Assembly: GCA_949358305.1 (NCBI GenBank) | Contig: OX442314.1 | Location: 31,806,001 to 31,870,000 of the forward strand | Reading direction: 5' to 3' | DNA from: Strigamia acuminata | Taxonomy: Eukaryota | DNA: 64,000 nucleotides | Shown: in pieces, positions 47,301 to 59,596 of the stretch | How the letters are laid out: each line of letters starts with the position of its first letter | How positions within the stretch are numbered: the first letter of the stretch is position 1 | The notes under the pieces: generated by a model | What the model was told of the DNA's origin: nothing | Seen by the model: the letters and a program-made list of their open reading frames with translations, nothing else | The model's database searches: none | Position numbers and translations under genes: made by a program

Positions 47301-49044
47301 GAGAAGGTGGTCGAGCGATATGTGAATTTTGTGGTGGAGTCGCGGTTGCCGACAACAATAACGAGAGATGAGGTGGTTCGGGAGACTGGAGGGGATGAGG
47401 TTTTGCAATTGTTGAGGAAAGCTTTACACGGATTGGGAGGTGAAGGGGAGAAGCTGTGGCGAGATGAGCGGCTGAAACCATTCACGATGATGAGGGATGA
47501 GTTTACGAGTACGGAGGATGGTATTCTATTGCGAGGGGATCGAATTTTAATCCCGGAATCGTTGAGATCGAGAGTGGTAGAGATAGCGCATAGAGGACAT
47601 CAAGGAATAGTGAAAACGAAGAGTTTATTGAGGGAGAAGGTGTGGTTTCCGGGCCTGGATAGGCGAGTCGAGCGGAGGATCGCACAATGTGTGCCGTGTC
47701 AAGCTAGTTTGGTGGTTTCGCGGAGAGAACCTTTGCAAATGACTGTACTGCCAGAAAGACCATGGCAGAGGTTGGCGATGGATTTCCTCGGGCCATTTCC
47801 AGATGGGAGAATGTTGTTGGTGATCGTTGACGAATATTCGCGTTTCCCATTCGTTGATGAGGTGAATTCTACGGCGGCAAGGACTGTAATTCCTGTTCTT
47901 GAGAAGAGATTTGCAGAATTGGGCATTCCGGAGTCGATCAAATCGGATAACGGTCCTCCATTCGCTTCAGAGGAGATGCGAGTTTTTATGGACAGTTCGG
48001 GGATACGACACAGAAGGGTGACCCCACTATGGCCGGAAGCGAATGGAGAAGTTGAAAGAATGATGCGGACTTTGAACAAAGGAATACTTACAGCGGTAAC
48101 AGAGGGAAGAGTGTGGAGTAAGGAGATTCACGAATTTCTTTTAAATTATTGTGCGACTCCACATTCAACAACGGGTGTGGCACCGGCGAAATTGCTATAT
48201 CAGCGAGCATTACAGACGAGACTGCCACAGAATTTTGAGAAAGTAAATGATGAGACAGTGCGACAACGAGATGAGGAAGGAAAGGAGAAGATGAAGCTGG
48301 AGGCAGATGATCGAAGGAGAGTATGCCCGCATGGTTTGACGGTCGGTGATCAGGTCTTGGTAAGAAGACGGAAAACAAATAAGTTAATGACCCCATATGA
48401 CCCTGAGTTGATGACGGTGGCGAAGGTCGAGGGCTCGCGGATTACAGCCAAGCGAGGACAATATCAGGTAGTAAGGAATTCCTCGTTCTTCAAAAAGATA
48501 GAGCGAGAGGTGGATGATGGAGAGGAAACAGAAAATGGTGAGATGGAGCAGTCGGTGTTGGAGGAGGAGGAGGGGATGGTCGAGAGAGAAGAATCCCAAC
48601 AACCTGGTGAAGTTCAACAACCGATTGTCCAGCAGGCCATTGAACAGCAGCAACAGATAGTGAGCCCGGAACGAACGAGACCAGTGCGTGAGCGACGGGA
48701 ACCGGACCGATACACGAATGCGAAGGCGTCAGTGAAACGAAAATGAATTTGAACATTGTATTTTATTGTTTATATTGTGATGCTGATTCTGAGTTTATTT
48801 GATTTCAATTTTGTTTAAGTATGATTCCGAATTTTGATGTGAATAGATTTATGTTATTGTAAGGGGGAAGGGATGTGGTGTAGTGTTTACCTGTTTGATG
48901 TCAAAGACCGCCACGAGAGGGCGGCATTGTATGACGAGATTATAAAGGTGTGAGAGAGGCAATAAACATCCAGTTTGGAATCAGATGATGAATGGAAATG
49001 TGTGTGTGTGTCATTGACATTGGGACATATAGATGGACATTACA
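44368..49044 (+). mobile_element. Gypsy element C, Mag-like, intact, 4677 bp
   Basis: Identical 171-bp LTRs at 44368-44538 and 48874-49044; ATCTT TSD; PBS TGGCGAC at 44540; PPT AAGGGGGAAGGGA. Confidence 0.96.
44643..48746 (+). CDS. Single Gag-Pol polyprotein of C
   Basis: Double Cys knuckle, VVDSGT protease, MDD RT, RNase H, HHCC/DDE integrase. Confidence 0.96.
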   Translation: MAETKPVVGVAPGPASFVQALGLPAFDVHGEATTQNQRWTRWVKRLETYMVAAGITDDARKAAMLLHHAGEEVFVIYETLTLADGKYETIKTGLAAYFAPRKNVEFCKYNFRMSSQRAGETLDEFRTRLKQLSVGCDFVDDNMEIKSQIIMGTSMGHLRQRGLREASWVLKDLLDAGRGYEVSGWQAKQMEAVSNSDELDINLVRFGNSRRGTDKGSFSKGGGQVRRCFNCGRNWPHAEGQVCPAKSVKCHGCGRVRHFIRFCKNKQDGKEDTKQKVNVVDKASGRDDSFEDEMPIWNIGQVGSQEGMPKVELLMGKQKVKILFVVDSGTSVNILSREVFRQLRPVPELRRSDVRLLPYGATEPFPLLGRMKTKLEVGDGEEIVVDLFVVDRPGESLLTYETARRLEVIGPVNSVVQRDLAAQIEGQYPELFCGIGKLVGRQVHLHVDESVPPVAQRYRPLPFNLRRKVEKELKRLVDMDIIERVDESMGPTSWISPIHVVDKPKDPNPDAIRICMDAREVNRAIKRVRHTSPRLEDLIAMAEGATVFSKLDLNHGFHQLELDEVSRQYMVFATHVGLFRFKRLGFGVNSAPEIFQDSVEKVIEEVDNTINIMDDIFVVGKKDSDHGVALHGVLRKLKEKKLTLNKQKCEFGKKELVFFGHVFSEQGIAVDPKKVEAVLKMETPTNAGEVKSLLGMIVYCARFVRNMADKTKALRDLTKKSVVFAWKPEHQSAWEYVKRELSNNEILAYYDSTAKIHLTVDAGPHGLGAILAQLREGEVEPRVVAYASRALSEVESRYSQIERETLAVVWSVEHFYLYLYGTTFVIFTDHKPLVSIFNNRRARPSARIERLCLRIQQYEFEVRHTTGATNPSDYLSRHPGTRLGLTEKVVERYVNFVVESRLPTTITRDEVVRETGGDEVLQLLRKALHGLGGEGEKLWRDERLKPFTMMRDEFTSTEDGILLRGDRILIPESLRSRVVEIAHRGHQGIVKTKSLLREKVWFPGLDRRVERRIAQCVPCQASLVVSRREPLQMTVLPERPWQRLAMDFLGPFPDGRMLLVIVDEYSRFPFVDEVNSTAARTVIPVLEKRFAELGIPESIKSDNGPPFASEEMRVFMDSSGIRHRRVTPLWPEANGEVERMMRTLNKGILTAVTEGRVWSKEIHEFLLNYCATPHSTTGVAPAKLLYQRALQTRLPQNFEKVNDETVRQRDEEGKEKMKLEADDRRRVCPHGLTVGDQVLVRRRKTNKLMTPYDPELMTVAKVEGSRITAKRGQYQVVRNSSFFKKIEREVDDGEETENGEMEQSVLEEEEGMVEREESQQPGEVQQPIVQQAIEQQQQIVSPERTRPVRERREPDRYTNAKASVKRK

Positions 49045-52000
49045 ATCTTATTAACAATGCATTCACTTGATGCGGTCGCTAGTGGAAAGACTTCAATCCA
49101 TTTTGTACAATTATCAATGATTACTAAAATCCATTTTAATTGTGAACGACCGGCTGGTTTTGGTCCCATCAGGTCAATGCTTATTGTCTCCCACGGGTTG
49201 GTCATGTTGTGGGGTGTATAGCTTGCCCGATGCTTTTGGTGTTGACTAGGTTTGTATTGTTGGCAATGAGTGCAACTGCGAACGTAGTTTCGAGTGTCTT
49301 TGCTCATTCTAGGCCAGAAATACATCTTTTTTGCTCTATCTAGGGTTTTGCTCATGCCGGCATGTCCTGTAAGTGGGTGGCCATGGCATGCGAATAATGC
49401 ACGTCTCACGAGAGAGCGTGGAATTACCGCCTTAAACCCGTTGCCGGAGTCGTTTAACTCTTCCTCATCGGTCGGAGCAAAATAAATTAGCATAACACCT
49501 TTATTTTCTTCCGGTTCGTCGAGAGTATAGCCACGAATCGCATTTAACCAATGTTTATCCGTGATACGATTTTATAATTTTTTGTCTCCTTTTAGGTAAA
49601 CAAGGATTTTACTACATGCTGGATCTTTAAGCTGCGCTTCGATAATTTCATCTCTAGTCGGCGGAACTATTTTGAGGATATCTGTTAGCGCAGTGTGTAC
49701 ATTTTCGTGATTACAATTGTGGACATCTATATGTCTGCAATTTTCTCTCGTACATCCTTCTTCCTCCCCCTTTTCTCCAGAATCATGAAATCTAACTGGA
49801 TTATATGATTCTGAGAAAAAGTCTAAACTAAGGCCAACATTTGTAAGAAAATGTTTGCGCTCAGTTTCCGTCACTTGTAAAGATGCACACCTGTTTCCAT
49901 TCCAAGTTGGATAGAAATGGGTGATTTCCTCTGGTTCGATATAATCATAATCCGGAGTGTCTAGTGCAGACAGTGGAGCGCGTGATAATGCGTCCGCTAC
50001 TTGGTTCATTGCACCGCGTCTAAAAATAATTTTAAACGCGCCACATTGTATTTTGACGGCCCAACGACCAAACCTTCCCGATGGTTCCGGCGTACTCATC
50101 AACCAGCTAAGGGCCTTAGCATCGGACTCGAGAGTGAAAGTCGTGTATTCAATATATGGGCGAAATCTTTCGATTGCCCATACAACGGCCAAACACTCCA
50201 ATTCCGGCGTAGAATACCTTACTTCGGCCCCGTGTAACACTCGACTGGCGTACGCGACTGCTTTCGGGACCATTATTAATTTCTGTTTCTTTTCACAGAA
50301 TAATTCTACGTCTTGACAGAGTACTGCACCTAAGCCTGAATGAGAAGCATCTGTCAAAATGACAAAAGGCTTATTCATATCTGGCATGTGGAGAAGGGCT
50401 TGGTCCTTGTCACACAAAATATCTTTGATAGTTTCGAATGCAGTTGTTTGTGGATCATCCCACACAAACTTTGCTTGATCATGCATAATATTGGTCAATG
50501 GACGAGCAATATTTGCGATGTTAGAAATGAATTTTCGGAAAAAATTCGCCAGTCCTACAAATCTCTGAATGTCTTTAGAACAAGTCGGTTTAGGAAAATT
50601 CCTTACAGCCGAGACTTTGTCAGGGTCTGGAAGAAGAGATCCCTCCGAAATTAAATGGCCTAAAAATCGTAATGATGTTCGACCAAATTTTGACTTGTCT
50701 TTATTGATAGTTAGATTTGCGGCATCTAACTTCTCAAGTACGTCTTTAATATGTAATAAATGATTTTCCCATGTGTCAGAAAAAATAATTATATCGTCTA
50801 AATAGACCAGAGCATGTTTATATAAAGAGTCACCCAATACGGTAGTCATGAGGTGTTGAAAAGAACTAGGTGCATTACAAAGACCAAATGGCAATCTCTT
50901 GAATTGAAATTTGCCTTTTGGGGTGTAAAAAGCAGTTTTGCTCTTATCCTCCTCCTCCATTTCCATTTGATGATAACCTTTAGTTAAATCAATGGACGTA
51001 AAGTACTTGGCCTGATTAGTATGATGACTTAACAGGTCAATACTTGGCATTTGAATTGCATCAACTTCTGTGATTGCATTCAACCAGCGGTAGTCAATAC
51101 ATAATCGATACTTCCCGCCGGGTTTAGCCACTATGACGGGGTGACTTATATAGGGGCCGGTGGCAGGTTCGATTAACCCATCGGCCTCTAATTCCTCGAC
51201 CAATTCCGTCATAATGGCCTTCTTGCCCGGATTGTACATTCTATATGGCTGGTGTTTCCAAGTAGCACCAGGTTTAAACTTGATGCGGTGCTTGGCAACC
51301 TTCGTACAGCCCAATTGGTCTCGAAATACGTTTTTTAATTGCAAAAGAACGTTTACGAGTAACTGTTTTTCTTCCGCCGAACTGTTGCAGCCTTCCACGA
51401 GTTTTTCTGCCCAGTCAGGTGAAGTGGGAGTTCCTTCACCTTGGAGACCCAAAGTCCTAATGCTTGCTAAGCAACAGTTAAGTTCAGTGGTCTCGTATGG
51501 TGCTGTCCATCCGGGCATGTCATCACAGGTGAACACAGCCCGTCGGGGATTAGGGTTTATCCCCGTTCTACGCATAAAGTTGTGACCCAAAATCAACCCA
51601 CATACATTCTTGTGTAGAATTATGAAGGTCATAGGTGTAACTCTCTTTTTATCGGCCCATTTGACACAAAGACAAACTTGACCGATAGGTCGGTGATCTA
51701 TTCCGACTGCGCAGACATGCATTCCCCGAGGACATTCTTGTATGAATTCCACCGGAATTTCTGTGTTTGAAAGGAGTTGTACTCCAATAAAACATTGGGT
51801 GGCTCCAGAGTCCATTAGTGCGTTGTAATCCAAACCTCCAATTTGGACATTCATACGCGGATCATCTTTGCCACCATTGATTAATTTGCTATTGCAAAGT
51901 TTGCCAAGAAATACCTTTCGTTCTTTCTTGTTCCATTTTTCAAGTTTAAGAAGTTTTCTTAACTTGAAAACCTTAGGTACAAGTGGTTTTTTCGGTGCAT

Positions 52001-52301
52001 TCCAACTTCCACTGAAAATACTCAAATTTTCTAGTTGGTCGGTCATGAATTTTAAATCTTCATTGACACCACCAGTGGAACTACTCGCTTTCCGACAGAC
52101 AGGTACTGCTTCGTAAGAAATGACCAATGATGGTGGTTTATCCTTCGAATCGTCAACATATGGTACTGTGAGGTGACTAGGTTTATGTCTTAATTTAATT
52201 TCTTTTCTATGAAAAAATAAATCATTGGACAATTCCGAGAGAGGAAACAACTCTTTAGGCGGGGGTTGGGCAACTTGAACAACCCCCTGAATCAGTTTTT
52301 T
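49045..52301 (-). pseudogene. pol: pol of A copy 2, with in-frame TAA at 49572-49574 and split by C
   Basis: ORFs 49572-52250 and 49011-49493 share a frame and are separated by one stop. Confidence 0.92.
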
Positions 52302-54343
52302 GTCTCGTCGGGAGTGACTGAATCAGTGGCTGCTGGTAAATGCTTAATTAACAGGTCAACCATGTTTTTCTGGAAGTCAGTAAATTTGGAGTCTAAAGTT
52401 TCTGACGTAACCCAATTTTGTTTGGGTCGTTTAAACTCGGGGTTGGGAGCAGAGTGGTTAAATCTTTTATTTGAATTTAACGAGTCTGTTTTCCCTGCTA
52501 TTTTTTTGGCAAGAGCGGGACATTCTCTTTTAAAATGTCCAGGCTCGTGACAGAAAAAGCATTTTCCAGTAGTCTTTTCATACTGGGCGGCAAATAATCG
52601 CTCCATTGAACCATCGTCAGTTGAGTCGTCGTTTTCCGACTCGTCTTCATCTTCAACTTCATCTTGTGTTTGCGTTAAACGTAGTGAAGTTTTAGATGGA
52701 AAAATCTTAGATTTTTCGTGAACTTTTGGAGTAGGATGATTCTCTCGATTATCGTACTCCAATTTTGCTGCAAGTTGAGCAGAACTTTCAAACTTAGAGC
52801 GATTTGCTCCTACATATTGTAGAATGTCATCTACTGTAAAGTCACCATACATCCCTTGTGTACATAACGCCGTGAAACTTTCTTGGGTTAGATTGTCGAA
52901 TAATTGCGCACGTCCTGTTTTATCACCTGGCGGCACTTCACCTTGTTCTTGCGTATAACGTAGAAGAAAACTATAAAGTGACTCGTCGGCTCGTTGTTTT
53001 ACATTAAGAAGTCGCCTTTCTCTTGTAAGTGAAACGAGATCGAAACAATCGAGGAAAGAGGCTTCGAAAGTTCGCCAACTATTAAAAGTATGACGTTGCT
53101 TATGGAACCAACGTTGTGCATGGCCTAATAGTCGTCCAGGTACAGCAGTGTGTACCATGTCGTCTAAAGGGATGCCTTTCCCGAGTGCGACAGCTTTGAC
53201 GATTTCAAGGAATCGCGCAACCTCTGTCTGTTTCCCGTCAAAAATAGGAATCTCGATTCCTTTTCCAAAATTCTGACTGGGATTACTCGGACTTCGGATT
53301 TGACCAACTAAACCCTGAATAATTTGTTTTACATTTTCGTCTGACAAATTAGAAGCAGCGTTCGAGTTGGGTGTAGACCGACTTCCTTGGTCTCTGGGTG
53401 GCGGATTTGGCTCTCCTCGAAAATTTTGATGTCTATCAGGTGGCGGTGGAGAACGCGAATTATTTCGTCGGTGGAAATTATTGTTATAATTTCCCCCTCC
53501 ACCAGCGTGAGATTCGTCACTACTCGAGTTAGGATCGGAATCACGAGGATCGCCTGGAGCTCCGGGAAAACGTTGACTTCTCGGCGGAGCTTGTCCACCT
53601 TGAGAGCGGGAATTTCTATAATTCCTAAAATCTCCATCAGATTGGGCGTGATATTGAAAATTTTGATAATTTTCATTTCTCCCCCTTGGTTGGACCGACA
53701 GATTAGTTCGAGGCTGTGGAACTCTGAAAGAATCATTCAAATTCCCAGTGGGAGCGGGTAAATTATTATTTACTGCCGTCGCACTTGGCAAATTTCGGGA
53801 AATTGGCGCAGAAATATTTCCTTGTCCGGAATTTCCCATTCTTTCGGCCGAATTCGATCGCCAAGAACTAGCTGGTAACTGAATCGAAGGTTGAACAGAT
53901 AGTGAAGAATTTAACTGCCCATTGTCGTCACGAGCAACATTCATTCGCCATCCTGGCAATTGCTGGTAACGATATGTGGCCGGTGAACGAGGGCCAGTTC
54001 GATCTACAGATACACTTTGCTCGTTGGTTACAACTACATCGGGAGTAATTACACGATTTCTCTCGTGATGATTATTCGCCGTGTATTGCTGAGCCTCACA
54101 TAAAGTGGAAAACTGCGTCACTTCCAATTGGTAATGGCGACAGTAAACCTCTAAATCATGCGGGACGGATAGTGGATCCGTTCGAGAACTACCTGGGTTG
54201 GAAACGTCTCTAGGAACATTTTCTTCCCCCTGGCTTTCTAGATCAGACTCCACAATTCCTCTTGGTGTTTCACACATACCACCACGTTGTCGTGCTCCAC
54301 GATTTCCTCGTGTTCCACGAACTCTTACAGGTCTACGGGCCAT
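52292..54343 (-). CDS. gag: Gag of A copy 2
   Basis: Copy of 8552-10603. Confidence 0.92.
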   Translation of the reverse strand: MARRPVRVRGTRGNRGARQRGGMCETPRGIVESDLESQGEENVPRDVSNPGSSRTDPLSVPHDLEVYCRHYQLEVTQFSTLCEAQQYTANNHHERNRVITPDVVVTNEQSVSVDRTGPRSPATYRYQQLPGWRMNVARDDNGQLNSSLSVQPSIQLPASSWRSNSAERMGNSGQGNISAPISRNLPSATAVNNNLPAPTGNLNDSFRVPQPRTNLSVQPRGRNENYQNFQYHAQSDGDFRNYRNSRSQGGQAPPRSQRFPGAPGDPRDSDPNSSSDESHAGGGGNYNNNFHRRNNSRSPPPPDRHQNFRGEPNPPPRDQGSRSTPNSNAASNLSDENVKQIIQGLVGQIRSPSNPSQNFGKGIEIPIFDGKQTEVARFLEIVKAVALGKGIPLDDMVHTAVPGRLLGHAQRWFHKQRHTFNSWRTFEASFLDCFDLVSLTRERRLLNVKQRADESLYSFLLRYTQEQGEVPPGDKTGRAQLFDNLTQESFTALCTQGMYGDFTVDDILQYVGANRSKFESSAQLAAKLEYDNRENHPTPKVHEKSKIFPSKTSLRLTQTQDEVEDEDESENDDSTDDGSMERLFAAQYEKTTGKCFFCHEPGHFKRECPALAKKIAGKTDSLNSNKRFNHSAPNPEFKRPKQNWVTSETLDSKFTDFQKNMVDLLIKHLPAATDSVTPDETKN

Positions 54344-55221
54344 AATACTCAAAGAAATACACGTACAAAAAGAAAAAAGAAAATTTAACTGAACTAGCGT
54401 AAATGTAACACGCTTAAGATTAAACTAAGAAATAATTTGAAAAAAATACAACCTTAGCTGCTGAAACTGAAGTGGCTTCGGGAAAGAACTGTCCTGTTGC
54501 GTGGTCAAGAATGGTCCAAACGGGCACTGGTCACAAAGGCACAACTGGATGGTCGCACTGTCGAAAAGCAAGTGTGGCTGAATATTGGTTGTCAAACTAG
54601 CTTCCAGAAAATCTCCTTTGTCAAGACAGTCTGCTGTGATTGGCGATGTTGAAAATTTCAGATAATTTCTAATCCGAAATTCTCAACAATGTCACATCTG
54701 GATGACCTACTCCGAGCTGCATCGTGAGTGGCTCTCTTTGTCACATTCTTTGCCTTGTCAAGGATTAAGAATAATAATCCAGAACGTTGAACAGAACAAT
54801 AGAAACTTGGTCAAGTTTTTTAACCAGTAAAATAAAATATTTTAACTTTTTATTTTTCAGTCAGCAGAATTTCTAGTCAAATTCGTTTTTTGATCGAAAT
54901 TCAAGGTTTCGAAATTTTTTCCAGAATATAGCCAAATATTCTGGGAAACTCAATAAACTCAAAATAGATTTTTTTGTAGGAAATTTGGAATTATAATGAG
55001 TTTCCAAAATAATCCAAAAATTCGAATTCAGATATTTCCAAAAGATAATGAGAATTTTTTGAAAACAAATGGATATTTCACAGTAAATTTATAGAGAAAA
55101 ATCGGAAATTTTCTAATTATAATATCTACATAAAATAATCAAGAAATTCATTTTTCAATTTTACACTTGATCACAGAGTTCACTTCAATAAAATGCAACC
55201 TATCTCGGTGGGACCTCCACG

Positions 55222-56812
55222 TGTGACGATTGACTTGGCGAGATACAAATTGCTTAACAATTAGAGCGAGAACTCGTGTGAAAGTGTAAAAGTACGGAGG
55301 CTTGTGATTTCTCAAATCATGTAACAATTTATTACGAATGGAAGACTTATATAAAACCTATGCCTACAAATGGCTAAATAACTTCATGTTAAATATACAA
55401 TGGGTTGGCAAAAGCCCTGAAATAATATCACTTGCGGTTTTCAGTCGTGCAATAAGAATGTGTATCTTTCTTATTACGGTGACGTAAAAGATGTCGTCTG
55501 AGTATGGTTCGGGCTTCCAAATGGTCCTGGATTGGTTCTAAAATGGTGTGTAATGGTTAGGCTTGGGTGTGTTATATCCGAGAGGTGCGGTTGACTTTGG
55601 CACAATCATCACACGTATAATTATTATATTGTTAATAATTATACAGCGCGATCATAAGAATGATGAAACAATCGAAATAAATATTCATGTAAATTCTATT
55701 GAATTAAACATGATATTGTGTTCGCGAAACTGGATAAATAACTATAAAAATAAAGAAATAATTAAAATAGCGCCGAGCTATTTTTGCCCCGAGTGCAATC
55801 AACATTTGAGTCAGACTGAAATGTTCCGTCAAACCAACAACGAAATGAATCGAAGTATTTCGCAGGAAAGGTTATCCATCGCCGGGAAATTACTCCACTC
55901 GGTCCTGGCTGGCGGGAGAGTAACCGGGAAATTACTCCGCGTCGATTACTCTGATAATGCGTCTGTGAAATATAAATACTCCACTCTAGATTCTACATTA
56001 CCAATGCGTCTGTGAATTTTACTCCACTCTAGATTCTGCATTCTACAACGGAATGTTGGCATGAAGCTGGAGGGAGTGCGTCTGTGGGTTGTACCCCACT
56101 CTAGATACTACACTTAAATGTGTCTGTGAATCTCTCCACTCTAGTTACTACATTTCTACAACGGAATGTTGGCATGAAGAGGCGGGCAGTGTGTCTGTGA
56201 GTCTTCTACCCACTCTAGATACTTACACTAAATACAAAGTATTTCTACAACGGATTGTCGGAACGCAGAGAAGTATAATATGTGCTCAAGTAATATCAGT
56301 ATCAAACAAAAACAGAACAAGAGCGAGCTATATCCGTTTTGCAGGGGGATATATACTCGGTGAGGAGAATAGCTGTTCAGTGATCCAATGGGATCACTGG
56401 GCAGTCAAATCCATCCAATCCCAGATCATAGGAAGTGGATACCCAGGACATAGTCTTCTACTAGGTCCACTACAGGAACTGGATACGCAGGACACACTTT
56501 GGATTAAGTCCCTTTGACTATAATCCAAAAGGAGTCCAACTCACAGTGGGTGATGAAGGGTGACTTCACCAGGTGTAAAGTTTGCACATAATTCAATAGA
56601 ATTATGTGACAAATAAATCAACTAGTATTTAAACATCCAAAAGTATTTAAAAGTGTCTAAAGTCGCAGTGGAATAAAATATAAATAGTAATTTATATTTT
56701 ATTCACTCAAAAATTGTCGAAATTTGAAATTACCGCTAAAACGTATCAGCGCCATCTATTGGTGAAGTAATCGTCCTATACTAACAAAGTGTATGACAGT
56801 GTAACCGTCACA
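55222..56812 (-). repeat. 5' LTR of A copy 2 (1591 bp)
   Basis: Adjacent tRNA-Gln PBS at 55202-55219. Confidence 0.97.
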
Positions 56813-56816
56813 AACT

Positions 56817-58660
56817 ATAACGTCAAAATGGATGCACCCATTAAAATTTGTTGGCGTCTTGTATTCATTCACTTTGGTCATCGTGTTTAACGAATAGATA
56901 TTGTACGCCATGTCTGTTTTTGTGAATATCAAGCAGTCGTCGTCGTAAGGGACATACAAGAAAACATCACCATCGATGTTCAGCGACGAAACAACACTCC
57001 AGCAGTCATTTTCGATGTCGTAGATTAACAGACTGCGATTTGGGATTTGTTGAACAAAATACAACTTTTCAGAATAACCGTACGCGCGATTCTTACACGT
57101 GACGCTTTGCCAATTGCTCGGTAATTTTTCTTTTGTCTCACAGGTTTTCGAATGCAAGTTAACAATCTTTATGCGCGTCTTGTCCACATCGAAATAATAC
57201 CTCCTTTCTTCATCTATCAAAGTTACCAAAAGCAAAGATTTGCAATTCGAGATGTCATCATGAAAATCAATGATATTCCTCCATTGAAATAGGTAATGAA
57301 AACGCAAATAAGTGGAATTTGTTCGTCTAAAGAAGATGTTTAAACAATCGCCGGTTTCACATGATATATCCATAGCAACTTCCTTGGGATGTTCGAAAAT
57401 GTTATCCGTAGTCACGTCAATTGCTTGAAGTCCCAATCGATTTGGCCTGACAGTCACGCAAACAATCTTTTTCCCATCCAAAATCATCGGATACCAATCC
57501 GTTGCGGCGCAGCTGTGATGAGGCTGATCGGCCAAAGTCTCCCACTCCTCGTGGTTTAAATAAGAAATTTTCGGCCACAAATTTTTTAACCCTTATTTTG
57601 ACTAGATTTTTATTTTTCCCCCCATCCAAACTCCCCCAAGTAAACTAAAGGACCCCCCTAACTGTAATATCCCTTAATATTGCATTTTCCCCCCAACCAA
57701 TTAACCCCCATTTATTTGTAAACTAACTCCCAACATTCATACCACCCCCTACGTTTCCTAAACGTTACCCATTGTTGCAATTCGTTGGCTGGCACACGAG
57801 CCACTTCAAAGACGCGCCATGGACCAACAACGGCTTGGAGTCGACCAACAACATCATAAAAACACACGAGACATTTCGGGAGAAACTGGCAATGGACGTC
57901 TTCATTCAGAAGTTGAAAGGGATGGTGAAATGTTGGTTTTTGGAAAGGCACATGGAATCCATCAATGTCAAGAAGTTTGCTCTTACTCCAACGGTTACCT
58001 ACAGCACTACACAGACGGTTACAACTGGAAATGAACAAAACCTAGCGTGATTGTCCGTGTACGAGGTAATGTTAAGTCGTACTATGTCACCCCGAGAAGT
58101 AGTGTGTGGCAGGTTAGCATTACAAATGATGCATGGAGTACGGGAACGTGCACATGCCCCATGTTTGCAAAGATTTACATTTGTAAACACATTGTGCCAC
58201 CGGAGGCAAAAACCATTCTCATTGGCCAAAAAAGGAAGCGCGGGCAGCCAGCTAAAGCGAAAAGGGTCTTGTGTACACAGTGAGAAGACAACGTTATGAT
58301 ATTGGGATTACGTGGGAGTACCTTAGAAATTATGGGGGGTAAAATTGGTTGGGGGGCAAATAAATTACTAGGGGGAAGTAAAATTTGGGGCGGTTATTTA
58401 GTTTACCCCCCTGTAAACTTTTGGTTGGGGGAAAATTTTATTCCACTTAGGGGGCAAAATTTAGCCAAAATGAGGTGCACTTTTCGCTTGTAACTTCAAA
58501 AACAGATATTTCAACTTTTCTCGACATCGTTGTTACCCACTTTGAAGTAACGGCTTTGCTTACTGCGCTGTATATTTCTGCTGATTTGGAAACGACGTCG
58601 GATGAAATCAATTGGTGAAGCGAATGTTTCGACAATTCCTCTATACCGCAATTTCGATTT
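56817..58660 (-). pseudogene. BTB-less paralog pseudogene, copy 2
   Basis: Copy of 13077-14920; its last codons (DE-stop) lie across element A at ~23779-23787. Confidence 0.85.
57573..58475 (+). mobile_element. MULE derivative, copy 2
   Basis: Copy of 13833-14735. Confidence 0.8.
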
Positions 58661-59596
58661 ACTGTATACCATCAAATAAAATTGCGTGCTTAAAATGTAA
58701 AATGTAACAATGTGCCATAAAACATCACACAACTGTAAACACACGCCGAGACAACTCAGAAATGAGTGCAAGCAGATACTGCAAGTAAAAGCTAAAAGTT
58801 CATCCACTAAATGGCGCCATCCGTCACGGAGTATACCCCCATTGAAATAAGTATTGCAGTGAAGTAATTTCAGGATGTTGTGTTTGGCAACACACACAAA
58901 AAATACATTCAGAAGTAATATTTTTATAGTTATTATTATTTTGATGATTTTTCTGTATTCAATTTTGAATTGTTGGAGGAGAGAAATGAATTATTTTGTG
59001 TGGTGCATTGTTAGCATTATTTATTAATTATTAGGATCTAATAGTAGGCTTAAAACTGATGAATGCCGATTGAAATTTATAAATGATCTGTACAGAATGA
59101 ATATGTTTATTTCATGGAATTTAATATTGTACAGATACAACTTGCGCGATGCTTGAGTGACATTTTTTTATTTTGAGGTCTTACAATTTTCTATTTTCAT
59201 GCAAACATCACTAAAATGCTACATATGAAATTTATGTAGTTATTTAAATTGTTTATTCTTAGGTATTCACAATATGAAAATTTGAATCTTTTTTGTTTTA
59301 TGTATGTAGCATCTAGGCATCATACAGATATTTAAAATGTAGTTATTTAAATTGTTTATTCTTATTGAAATTATTAAATTGCAAACTGAAAAAATGAGAT
59401 GAAATTAAAGCTTTGTCTTAAACAACAGTAACGTTGGGAGATGGCAAAGCCTAGGACAATTAACAACTATAGCAGAAATTCAGTCGTCACTGTACGTCAA
59501 AATAATATCATTTGCTTATTTAAAACTGAAGCAAAACCATGAGAGTATGAAAACAAGCGAAAGGACATGTCATAAACTAAAAAGCAAAAGGGTTTA

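Larger units (their letters stand above)
23792..56812 (-). mobile_element. Gypsy element A, copy 2, full length (~13.9 kb without its nested inserts)
   Basis: Paired LTRs; AACT TSD at 23788-23791 and 56813-56816; PPT ~25401-25407; PBS 55202-55219. Confidence 0.96.

Noticed and set aside
49572..49574. Programmed stop read-through in pol
   Set aside because: Sister element B is open at this position; a nonsense mutation is simpler.
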